Part shown: positions 26,028 to 35,300 of the stretch, piece by piece
Layout of the letters: every line of letters begins with the position of its first letter
Position numbering within the stretch: position 1 is the first letter of the stretch
From: an uncultured Actinomycetota bacterium
Lineage (GTDB): Bacteria; Actinomycetota; Actinomycetes; Mycobacteriales; CADCTP01
NCBI GenBank assembly: GCA_963770145.1
Contig: CAVYOJ010000015.1
Span: forward strand, 209,636-273,635
Direction: 5' to 3'
DNA length: 64,000 nt
Program-made: the position numbers and the translations under genes
The notes under the pieces: model-generated
What the model was told of the DNA's origin: nothing
The model's input: only the letters and a program-made list of their open reading frames with translations
Database searches by the model: none

Positions 26028-27115
26028 CCGACGGTGTAGACCGCCGGCCGGGCCTGCAGTGCGGCCAGCGTCCGCGGGCTCTGCGCCTCCATCCAGGCGA
26101 TCACGTCCCGGTACGGCACGCAGAGCGTCTCCGGCTTGCGGCAGGTCTCCTCGACGAACCGGGCCAGCGCGTCGGTGTAGGCGTTGCCGTTCCAGGAGTT
26201 GAAGTGGTTGCCGAGCACCAGCGGCGCCCGGTTGCCCGTGTAGGCCGCTCGGTACATCGCCCGGTACGTGCGCAGCACCTGGTCCGAGCTGGCCCGGGTG
26301 TCGCGTGTGGACGGTGGGTTGCCGGTCTGCTTGACCCAGAAGTTGTAGTCCATCGACACGACCCCGGGCCGGGCCCCGCCGCCGGCCAGCGGCACGTACG
26401 CCAGCGGGAACTGCCACAGTCCCCACTGGTCCTTGCGCGGCCAGGCGATCCCGTTCGATCCGCCGCTGCTGTCGTAGCTGAACCCGGCCGCCTTGAGCGC
26501 CGGCCGCAGCTGCTCGGGCCGGCCCTCCAGGCACGGCGTCCGTCCACCTCGGACGGACGACGCCGGCACGGTGAGGTCGCGGTGCGAGCGCCAGAACCGG
26601 AAGAACTGCGCGAGCTCGGCCGACCAGTCCGCGGTCGTCCAGGCGTTCGCCGACGGCTCGGCCCCGGCGCAGAAGTGCCCGTTGTAGTGGGTGCCGATCT
26701 CCATGCCGGCCGCGTACGCGGCGTCGAGGTCCTTGATCAGCGTGCTGACCTCGGCCGGGGTGTTCCAGCCGCCGAGCGAGCTGGCGCCGGGGGCGTGGCC
26801 CGGCCCGGTGTAGTCGGTGCGGTGCGCCCGGTCGAGCAGGTAGACGCCGGACAGGAACCCGGTGAAGCGCATCCCTGAGCGACGCGCGACGTCCCGCCAG
26901 AACGCCCACTTCTCGTGGTCACCCGCCCCGTCGAAGGACACGATGACGAACTGCGGCGGCTGCTGTCCGGGCCGGAGCGCGACCGGCTGCACCGCCGGCA
27001 CCGGGGCGGCGAACGCGTGCGTCGGCGCGGGCTCGCCCGGCGAGGATCGGCCGGTCGTGACCACGAGGCCGAGGGTGAGCACGAGCGCGCCGGCGAGCAC
27101 GACATTGCTGCGCAT
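26024..27115 (-). CDS. Secreted polysaccharide deacetylase-like protein
   Basis: Signal peptide, PPQFVIVSFDG, EIGTHYNGH, GGRTPCLE, GNRAPLVLGNHF. Confidence 0.85.
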   Translation of the reverse strand: MRSNVVLAGALVLTLGLVVTTGRSSPGEPAPTHAFAAPVPAVQPVALRPGQQPPQFVIVSFDGAGDHEKWAFWRDVARRSGMRFTGFLSGVYLLDRAHRTDYTGPGHAPGASSLGGWNTPAEVSTLIKDLDAAYAAGMEIGTHYNGHFCAGAEPSANAWTTADWSAELAQFFRFWRSHRDLTVPASSVRGGRTPCLEGRPEQLRPALKAAGFSYDSSGGSNGIAWPRKDQWGLWQFPLAYVPLAGGGARPGVVSMDYNFWVKQTGNPPSTRDTRASSDQVLRTYRAMYRAAYTGNRAPLVLGNHFNSWNGNAYTDALARFVEETCRKPETLCVPYRDVIAWMEAQSPRTLAALQARPAVYTVG

Positions 27116-27216
27116 GCGCACCTCCCCGGGCGACCGGCGACCGCAACATAGCGTCGCGATCACCGTGGGTGGTGGCAGCGCGCCGCGGCCCGTTACCGGC
27201 GACGTAAGGTCTGCGC

Positions 27217-28437
27217 ATGACGCAGGTCGCCGACGCCGTCCGCGAGTGCGCCGAGGCCGCGCACGCCGCTGCCGGCAGCATCGCCGCCGCCGGTGCCGAC
27301 ACCGTCGATGCGGCCCTGCTCGCGATCGCCGACCGGCTGCTCGACCGGGCCGACGCGGTCCTCGCCGCGAACAAGGCCGACGTCGACGGCGCCGACCTGC
27401 CGGCGGCGATGATCGACCGGCTCCGGCTCGACCCGGCCCGGCTCGACGGCATGGCCCACCAGCTGCGGGTGCTCGCCGAGGTGCCGCACCCGCAGTGGTC
27501 CCGGGTGGTGCGCGAGCTGCCCGGCGCGCTGGTCGAGGAGCGGCGCAAGCCGGTCGGCGTGGTCGGCGCCAACTTCGAGGCCAGGCCCAACGTGGTCGTC
27601 GACATCGCCTCGCAGCTGCTGAAGTCCCGCAACGCCGGGGTGCTGCGTACCGGCTCGGCCGCGATCGGCTCGGCCGCGGCGCTGCTGGACGAGGTGATCG
27701 CCCCGGCCCTCGACGAGGCCGGGCTCGACCCGGCGGCGATCCAGCTGGTCCGGCTGCCGGGCCGGGACACCGCCCGCGCGCTGGTGGCCCAGCCCGATCT
27801 GGTGCCGCTGGTGATCCTGCGCGGCAGCGGTGACAGCACCCGCGAGCTCACCGCGGAGGCGGCTCGACACGGGGTCCGCACGCTCGCCCATGCCGACGGC
27901 GGCGGCGTGCTCTACCTCGACCGCGCCGCCGACGCCGGCAAGGCGCTCGACCTGGTCGAGCAGAGCCTGGACCGGCTCGGCGTCTGCAACCGGCTCAACC
28001 TGCTGCTGGTCCACCCGGAGCGTTGGGACGACCTGCTGCCCGGCGTACGGACGGTGCTCGACCGGCTGGGCATCGCCGCGTCGCTGCCGCCGCACGACCA
28101 CCCGCTCGGGCTGGAGTGGGCGCTGCAGGACGGCCGCGAGGCGACGGTGACGATCGCCCCGGTCGACGGCCCGGCCGCGGCGGCCAGGCTCGCCGACGAG
28201 GCGACGTCCGGGCTGGCCGCCGGCATCGCGACCGAGGACGCCGCGGCCGCGGCCGAGTTTCTCGACACGTACGGCGGGACCGGTGCGTTCTGGAACGTGA
28301 CCACCCGGCTGCTGGACGGGTTCAAGCTGCTCGGCGTGCCGGAGACCGGGATCAACGTCGACCGGCTGCCCGGTCCGCGCGGCCCGGTCACGTTCCTCGA
28401 CCTGCATCTGCGACAGTTCGTCGTCACGGAGCGCTGA
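27217..28437 (+). CDS. proA: Gamma-glutamyl phosphate reductase-like aldehyde dehydrogenase (divergent ProA)
   Basis: DRLRLD, PVGVVGANFEARPNV, GVCNRLN, NVTTRLLDG, RGPV. Confidence 0.75.
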   Translation: MTQVADAVRECAEAAHAAAGSIAAAGADTVDAALLAIADRLLDRADAVLAANKADVDGADLPAAMIDRLRLDPARLDGMAHQLRVLAEVPHPQWSRVVRELPGALVEERRKPVGVVGANFEARPNVVVDIASQLLKSRNAGVLRTGSAAIGSAAALLDEVIAPALDEAGLDPAAIQLVRLPGRDTARALVAQPDLVPLVILRGSGDSTRELTAEAARHGVRTLAHADGGGVLYLDRAADAGKALDLVEQSLDRLGVCNRLNLLLVHPERWDDLLPGVRTVLDRLGIAASLPPHDHPLGLEWALQDGREATVTIAPVDGPAAAARLADEATSGLAAGIATEDAAAAAEFLDTYGGTGAFWNVTTRLLDGFKLLGVPETGINVDRLPGPRGPVTFLDLHLRQFVVTER

Positions 28438-28463
28438 CGCCCGCTACTCTCGCGAACGATTGG

Positions 28464-28537
28464 GCCCCCGTAGCCCAAACGGCAGAGGCCGGCCCCTTAA
28501 AAGGGTCACAGTGTGGGTTCGACTCCCACCGGGGGCA
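28464..28537 (+). tRNA. tRNA-Leu(UAA), short variable arm, CCA not encoded
   Basis: Acceptor GCCCCCG/CGGGGGC+A73, anticodon arm GGCCC-CTTAAAA-GGGTC, T arm GTGGG-TTCGACT-CCCAC. Confidence 0.95.
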
Positions 28538-28929
28538 CCCGGATCTGTCCTCGCCGCTTGTCGTGAAGCCGGCCCGGTCGAGGCGGCGACCTCAGCACGC
28601 TGCCTGCGCGCCGTGCCGTCAGGCTCCCGGGCGAGGCATGTCCGATCACTTCTTCCAGGACCCGGGGATCGGCGAAGTCGCGCGAAGAGGGCACGATCTC
28701 GCACGCTTCCCGGATCCCCGACCGCACCGAAGCGCGCTCCTCGATGCCGCTGCCCCAGGTCTTCGCCGCCGCCGGGTACGAGCGGACTCACGCGTCCGGG
28801 ACGTGCGGCTTCCGGCGCCGCGCAGGGACGCCGGGCCTGGTCCTGCGGAGCGACTTCGGATCAGCGGCGATCGGGCGGCTACCGTCGCGAGATCGACACC
28901 CTGCCGGTGGACGGCTCCGGGTCAGGAAC

Positions 28930-29430
28930 CCCTGAGCATGCGACCGAACACATTCGCCGGGCTCGCCAGCGGCGCAACGGCCGGTGGGGTGGTTGCTGGT
29001 GCGCGTCTCGACCTCGACCCGGATCGCGACGGAGGCGCGCCGCCGACGTCGCCATCACCAGTTCAAGCGGCGCCTGGTCCATGCCCGCCGACGCACGCGG
29101 GCCTGTTCGCGGTGACGTCGCGGTCACCAGCGCCCAGTTCGGGACGGTTCCAGAGCTACCGAACATCCACCACCGCAGGAGTTGGAGCAGGGCGTCGCCC
29201 GGTGCCGGACTACCGGATCACGGGCCTGTTCGTCGACCGCGGCTACCGTCGCGCGGGAATGCCGCGGCCGCCGTGCGAGATGCGCTGGCGCTGATCGCCG
29301 CGGCGGGAGCGGCCTCGTCGGGCGTCCCCGCCGACCGACCCGACGGCGCGGCGGCCTCCGGCATCGTACCTCTCCGCGCCACCCGGCATGACGCGCGGCG
29401 CGGGTCAGCGACGAGCGCGCGAGGGTGGCA
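28930..29430 (+). pseudogene. Heavily degraded GNAT acetyltransferase
   Basis: Fragments in different frames: WGGCWC, AQFGTVPELPNIHH, PDYRITGLFVDRGYRR, RDALALIAAAG. Confidence 0.65.
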
Positions 29431-29576
29431 CGCGGATGAGCCGCGCGGCGGCGGCAGCATGAGCCGCTCGTGCGTCGCGCGCAGCGCGGCAGGCGCCAGC
29501 ACCTTGACTGCCTGACCCGTCCAGCTCCGCCTGAGCCGGGAGGTACGCCGAGCGACGCTCGCGACAGCGCCGCTGT

Positions 29577-30383
29577 TCAGCCGGCGCTTGGCAGCCTGAC
29601 CCAGGCGCCGGTCATCGGCGGTCCGATGACACAGCCGTCCTGGGCGAGCGTCTCGGCCAGCAGCCGGTCGGCCAGCGTGGGCGGGTCCACCTCGACCCGG
29701 GTGGCGACCCCGAGCCGCTCCATCAGCGGTACCGCAGCCGATATCACGTTGGCCCAACCCCAGGCCGGGGCGTCCGGGCCGCCGGCGGCGAAGGTCTCGA
29801 CGAGAAGCTGCGGTCCGGGCAGGCCGGCGGCGCGGAACGTGGTGAACAACCGCGGTCCGAGCCGGGTCGCGACGCCGGCCTTCTCCAGCGCCTGCACGAA
29901 GTACTCGTGGACCTGAGCCCACAGCGGCGTCAGCGGGTCTGCGCACAGGTTGTCCAGGTCGGCCTCGTGCACGCAGACCAGCCCACCGGCCCGCACCCGG
30001 CTGGCGGCCCGGCGCAGCGCGGCCACCGGGTCGGTCAGGTACATCAGGACCAGCCGGCCCACGACGGCGTCGAAGCCGTCCTCGACGTCCTGCAGCGTCT
30101 GCACATCACCGACGCGGAACTCGACGTTCGGCGCGTCGGTCCGGCGGCGGGCCAGTTCGACCGCGACCGGGTCCCGCTCGACACCGACCACGGCGCCGGT
30201 CGGCCCGACCAGCTCGGCCGCGAGCCGCGACACGTTGCCCGCGCCGCTGCCCAGGTCGAGGACCCGCATCCCGGCTGCGATGCCGGCCTGCTGGAGCAGT
30301 CTGCGGGTGAGCGGGTCGAACAGCGCCCCCTGGGCGACGAGCCGTTCGTCCTCGGCCGCTCGATTAGCAAACGGGTAATCCAT
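29577..30383 (-). CDS. Class I SAM-dependent methyltransferase
   Basis: GMRVLDLGSGAG, FDAVVGRLVLMY. Confidence 0.9.
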   Translation of the reverse strand: MDYPFANRAAEDERLVAQGALFDPLTRRLLQQAGIAAGMRVLDLGSGAGNVSRLAAELVGPTGAVVGVERDPVAVELARRRTDAPNVEFRVGDVQTLQDVEDGFDAVVGRLVLMYLTDPVAALRRAASRVRAGGLVCVHEADLDNLCADPLTPLWAQVHEYFVQALEKAGVATRLGPRLFTTFRAAGLPGPQLLVETFAAGGPDAPAWGWANVISAAVPLMERLGVATRVEVDPPTLADRLLAETLAQDGCVIGPPMTGAWVRLPSAG

Positions 30384-30423
30384 GCCGGACAGAATCCAGC
30401 CGGGGGCCGCGCCTGTCGTTGGG

Positions 30424-31416
30424 TCAGCGCGCAGGATCCTTCACATCGCGTGCAGACCTGCGGTACTCCGAGGGCGGCAAGCCGTGCGCGGCCCGGAAGG
30501 CCCGGCTGAAATCGGCCGCGCCGGAGAAACCCCACCTGGCCGCGATCGCCGCGATCGGGCGGGAGGCCAACCCCGGATCCGCCAGGTCACGGCGGCAGCG
30601 CTCCAGACGCCGCCACCGGATCCAGCCCGCCACGGTCAAGCCCTCGTCGTGGAAGAGCTGGTGCAGCAAGCGTACCGAGATGTGATGGGCAGCAGCGACC
30701 GTCACCGGCGAGAGTTGAGGATCGCCCAAGTGCTGCAGGACGAAAGCCTGAACCGTGGTGAGCAGGGCGTGCCGGTGGGCCTCCCGCGTCGTCCAAGCGC
30801 AGCCGTCCAGCTCGCGGGCCAACCGCGTCGCCAGGACCTCGAGCGCGGCCGTGGACAGCCGCGCCGCCTCGGCCTCGCTGTAGTGATCGACGTTGCCGGC
30901 CAGCTGAAGGAGGAACTGCGCGGTCAGGTCACCCAGCCCGGTGGACGCCGGGATTCGCAGCGCGGACAGCTGGCTGAGCCGGCTACGCGGGAATGGCAGC
31001 AGCGACGGCGGGAACATGAACGTCAACAACCGCGCCGGCCGCTCCTGGCCGACCGCGCAGGCCACCTCGTAGGGCCGCCGGGTGTCGTAGAAGGCGAACT
31101 CGCCGGGCGAGGACAGCCGAGCCTGGCGGCCACCCTGCTCGACCACCGAGCAACTGGAGTCGCAGGCCACCAGCATCTTGAGCATGTCCGGATCGGCCTG
31201 GGAGATCAGCGCGGGAGTGCGGTGCACCGTGATCGGCATGACGTCCATGACGACGACCTGCATCGAACCCAGGCCACTGGTGCGGAACTGACCCCAGTAG
31301 CCGGCCGCGCGCTCGGCGCGGCACTCCATCGGCACCCACGTCGCCGCCGTGAGCTCCCGGACGAAGTCCAGACGGTCGGCCGCGGGCACCTCGTCGGCCC
31401 GAATCAGCGTGCTCAT
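30424..31416 (-). CDS. AraC family transcriptional regulator (AraC-binding-like N-domain)
   Basis: YDTRRPY, HLGDPQLSPVTVAAAHHISVRLLHQLF, IAARWGFSGAADFSRAFRAAHG. Confidence 0.92.
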   Translation of the reverse strand: MSTLIRADEVPAADRLDFVRELTAATWVPMECRAERAAGYWGQFRTSGLGSMQVVVMDVMPITVHRTPALISQADPDMLKMLVACDSSCSVVEQGGRQARLSSPGEFAFYDTRRPYEVACAVGQERPARLLTFMFPPSLLPFPRSRLSQLSALRIPASTGLGDLTAQFLLQLAGNVDHYSEAEAARLSTAALEVLATRLARELDGCAWTTREAHRHALLTTVQAFVLQHLGDPQLSPVTVAAAHHISVRLLHQLFHDEGLTVAGWIRWRRLERCRRDLADPGLASRPIAAIAARWGFSGAADFSRAFRAAHGLPPSEYRRSARDVKDPAR

Positions 31417-31575
31417 CGCTCTCCCACCCGAACGCACCGCAAGCGTAGCTCCCGCCGGCCCGTCCGGATACGCACCGAGGCGGGCAGGCTGCGGCGGTGC
31501 CGGGTGAGCTCATACCGCCTCCTCCCGGGACGGTACGCGCCTGGTAGGCGACGCCGGTGATGGCAGTCGCAGCAC

Positions 31576-31610
31576 GAAGGTCCGCGGCGAGTTGGTCGCC
31601 GCGGACCTTC
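31576..31610 (-). terminator. Perfect 15-bp stem hairpin downstream of the PG-binding protein gene
   Basis: GAAGGTCCGCGGCGA-gttgg-TCGCCGCGGACCTTC. Confidence 0.75.
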
Positions 31611-31651
31611 ACCCGGTCACGGGCTCCGGCAGTGGTGGTGCGCTGGGCGAG

Positions 31652-32209
31652 CTAGAAGCAGGTGCCGTTGACAATGCAGGGAGGCGGTCCGAGGTTGTAG
31701 GTCGCCTCGGCTCCCCCGACGACGGCCCCGGACGGCCCCGCGACGAAGCGGTACTCGCCGTTGATGCGGGCCATGGAAATTGTGTGGACCGAACCGACGT
31801 AGTGAATCTCCAGGTCTTCCAAACCGGGCTTGTTGAAGCTCTTGAACAGGCTCAGGTGGCCGTCGGCGGCACCGAAGGTCTGCGGACCCACGACCCCGTC
31901 GACTCCGACGCCGTGCCTGCTCTGCCAGGTGCGGGTGGCCGCGGCGGTGTGTGGGCCGAAGTCACCGTCGATGTCGGCGTCGCCGATGAGGCCGTCGGCG
32001 TAGAGGACCCGCTGCCAAAGTGCGGTCGCGCCGCTGACGGCATTTCTGGTCTGCGACAGCGTCCCTTCGTCACCCCAGTCGTCAGTGACGACTCCGCCAC
32101 CCCCGACGAACCCCTGGGCGTCGGTGGCGCTCGCCGGCACCGCACCGAGCGACAGCAGGAGCACGAGCAGGCCGGTCAGCGCGCTCAGGACGGTTAACGT
32201 TCGTTTCAT
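31652..32209 (-). CDS. Secreted peptidoglycan-binding domain (PG_binding_1-like) protein; TTA at codon 5
   Basis: Signal peptide MKRTLTVL..PASA; IDGDFGPHTAAATRTWQSRHGVGVDGVVGPQT; AAGGGA RBS. Confidence 0.85.
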   Translation of the reverse strand: MKRTLTVLSALTGLLVLLLSLGAVPASATDAQGFVGGGGVVTDDWGDEGTLSQTRNAVSGATALWQRVLYADGLIGDADIDGDFGPHTAAATRTWQSRHGVGVDGVVGPQTFGAADGHLSLFKSFNKPGLEDLEIHYVGSVHTISMARINGEYRFVAGPSGAVVGGAEATYNLGPPPCIVNGTCF

Positions 32210-32260
32210 TCCGGGTGTCCCTTCTCGACCGCGGCGGGTCCGCGGGCACGCGCAGGATCC

Positions 32261-32302
32261 ACCGGCCGACCTACCAGGGACTTACCAACGAGCGCACCAA
32301 CG
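32261..32302. promoter_or_regulatory. Direct repeats with 11-12 bp period, candidate SARP binding site
   Basis: CTACCAG 32271, TTACCAA 32282, GCACCAA 32294 and weaker ACCGG 32261 in the divergent intergenic region. Confidence 0.5.
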
Positions 32303-32354
32303 GGGCGTCGCCGACGGTGCCGGATTAGTGACCGACGACACTAGTCTGTCCGAT

Positions 32355-35300
32355 GTGCAGTTCTTCCTCATGGGCAGCGTGGAGGCCCGTGCCGGATCCG
32401 AGAGCGTGGTTCTCGGCCGGAAGCAGGAACGGTGCCTGATCGGTCTGCTGCTGCTGGACTGCGGCCGGCCGGTGTCGCTGGAACGGCTGGCAGATCTGCT
32501 GTGGGATGGCACTCCGCCGGATCGGGCGCGGTCGGTCATCCAGACCTACGTGTCCCGGCTCCGCGCCCGGCTCGCGCCGTACGGCGTCCGGATCAGCGGC
32601 ACCCACGGCTACCGGATCGACGTCGATCCCCGGGACGTGGACTTCCACCAGCTTCGTACGGGAGTCGACCTGGCGGCGGAGGAGGCGGACCCGGCCCGCC
32701 GGCTGGCTCTCCTGGACGGCCCGCTCGGTCTGTGCCGGGGCCCGCTGCTGGGTGACGTCGCACCCCCCGGACTGCGGCTGCGTCTCGGCGCCGAGGCGGA
32801 GGACCTCCAGTCGACGGCCAGGGAACTGTGCGCCGAGGCCGAGCTGGCGCTGGGGCACCCCGACAAGGCGATCCGGCTCGTCGAGGCGACGGCGGCCGAC
32901 CGGCCGGTTCGGGAGCGGATGGTGGCCGTCCTCATGGAGGCCTACCGGATGTCCGGTCGCAAATCCGAGGCGATCGGCGTCTACCACGCCGCGCGCCACG
33001 CCCTCGTCGACGACTTCGGGGTGGAACCGGGCTCACGCCTGCGTCACCTGTACGACGAGATCCTGCGCGAGGACGCGGACGCCGCGGTGGCCGCGACCGG
33101 CGAGGTCCGCGGCGCCCAACTGCCGCCCGCGGCCGTGCCGTTCGTCGGGCGGGTCCGCGAGTTCGCCGAACTCGACCGGATCGTGCTGGGCGCGGCTCCG
33201 CCGGGTCCGCGGGCGGTCGTCGTGGCCGGAGGCGCGGGGCTGGGCAAGACCGCGCTGGTGGTGCAGTGGGCACACCACTGCGCCGGCGACTTCCCGGACG
33301 GTCAGGTCTACGTCGACATGCGCGGCTTCACCGCCGGCACGCCGACCACGGCGTCCGAGGCGATGACCCAGGTGATTCTCGCCCTCGGCGTCGACAGTCA
33401 CCGCATCCCCACCGAACCGGCGGCGCTGCAACCGTTCTACCGCCGACTGACCGCCAGGCGGCGGCTCCTGGTCGTCTTCGACGACGTGGCGACGGCCGAC
33501 CAGGTACGGCCCGCGCTGCCGACCGGCCCGCACACCGCGACGCTCATCACGAGCCGCCGGCGGCTGTTCGGACTGACGGCGCTGGGTGACGCGAGCGGCC
33601 TCGAGCTGCTGCCGCTGGCTCCCGGCGACGCGCTGGCGTTGATGACCCAACTGCTGCCCGAGCACCGCGACAACCGGGCGGTACTCATCGACCTGGCCGA
33701 CCTGTGCGCGTACATGCCGCTCTTCCTGCGGATCAGCGCCGCCAACGTGCGGCTCTGCGGCGATCCCGCATCGTTCGCCGCCGCCATGCACGGGGACCGG
33801 GCGCTGGACCACCTGCAGAGCGGCGCGGATCCGACCGTCGGCGCTCGAAGCGCGCTGGGGCTCTCGTACCGCTCGCTGCCCGACCACGCGCGCCGGCTCT
33901 TCCGGGCGGCCGGACGGTCACCGCTGCGCTTCGTGACACCGGACTCGGCCGGCGCGATGCTAGGGATGGATCCGGCGCAGGGCCGCTGGCTGCTGGAGCG
34001 GATCGCCGACGTCCACCTCGTCGAGGAGTTCGGGTTCGGCCGGTACCGGTTGCACGACCTGATCCGTACCTTCGCCGCGGAACAGGACACCGGCAGCGAC
34101 GGCGACCAGGCGCTGCGCCGCCTGATGACCTTCTACGTGGGGGCCGTCACCCATGCGACGGCGACCGCGACCGCGAATGAGATCGTGACGCCGGAGCAAC
34201 CGGAGCCAGCCGTCGCGCTGCCCGCCCTGTCCGATCCGCACGCGGCGATGGCCTGGCTCGACGGCGAGTTGCCCAACATCGCCGCGGTGGTCCGGTTCGC
34301 GGCCGAGCACGGTCCCCCCGAGCCGGCGTGGCAGATCAGCCGGCGGCTCACGCACTACTTCTGGATCCGCCGCACGCTGCCCGAGTGGCGGGCAATCAAC
34401 GAGGCGGCACTGGCCGCGGCCCGCGCCGCGGGCCGGCCCGACGTGGTCGCCCCGATGCTCAACGCACTGGCCGTGACCATCTGGACGACCAACGACCTGG
34501 ACCGGACGCGCAGCCTGCTCGAGGAGGCGTTGGCGCTCAACCTCAGGTCCGGCCGCGAGGCGGCGCAGGCGAGCAACCACACGAACCTGGGCAGCCTGTG
34601 CCGGCAGACGGGGCAACTCGGCGCCGCCTTCGCCCACACCCGAACGGCCGTCCGGCTGGGCCGCCGCCACGACCGGCCGCTGACCGTCGCGAACGCCCTG
34701 CTCAACCTCGCCTGCCTGCACCACGACCTGGGCGTCCTCTACGAAGCGTCCCGAACCGTCGACCGCGCCCTGACCACCTACCGCACCCTGGGTTCCACCG
34801 ATGGTCAGATCACCAGCCTGAACGTGCTGGCCGAGATCAGGTGCGAGCTCGGGCACCATCGGGCGGCACAGTCGGCGGCCGAACAGAGCCTCGAGATGGC
34901 CGACACGTTCGGCAGCGTGCACGGCAGCATCTTCGCCCGCCAGGCGATGACCGACCTGCTCATCGCGACCGGTCGGCCCGAGGCCGGTCGTGAGCTCAGC
35001 GAGGCGGCGCTGGCCAGCGCCGTCGAGCACGGCGACCGCCGCCTGATCATCACCGCGATCCTGCGGCTGGCGGCCGTGCTGGCCGCAGTGAACTGCGCCG
35101 ACAGGGCCCGGCACGAGGCCGAACGGGCCCGGCTCCTGGCCCTCGAGCAGCACGACCTGCACGGATACGTCGACGCCCTGCTGATCATGGCGCAGCTTCC
35201 CGGGGAGCCGCCGCAGGCCCTGTCCCACGCGCGTACCGCCGAACGTGCGGCTGCGCAGGTCGGCCTGCTGCTGCGCGAGGCCAAGGCTCAACTGGTCAGG

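Noticed and set aside
30983-31513. Minus-strand ORF with strong GGAGGAGG RBS (MSSPGTAAACPPRC...) upstream of araC
   Set aside because: It runs out of frame through araC with no recognisable domain; cannot be supported as a gene or leader peptide
32085-32354. N-terminal extension of the SARP ORF containing an in-frame TTA (32325)
   Set aside because: It overlaps the divergent gene, and family similarity starts at GTG 32355, which has a leaderless -10, so this TTA is probably not translated
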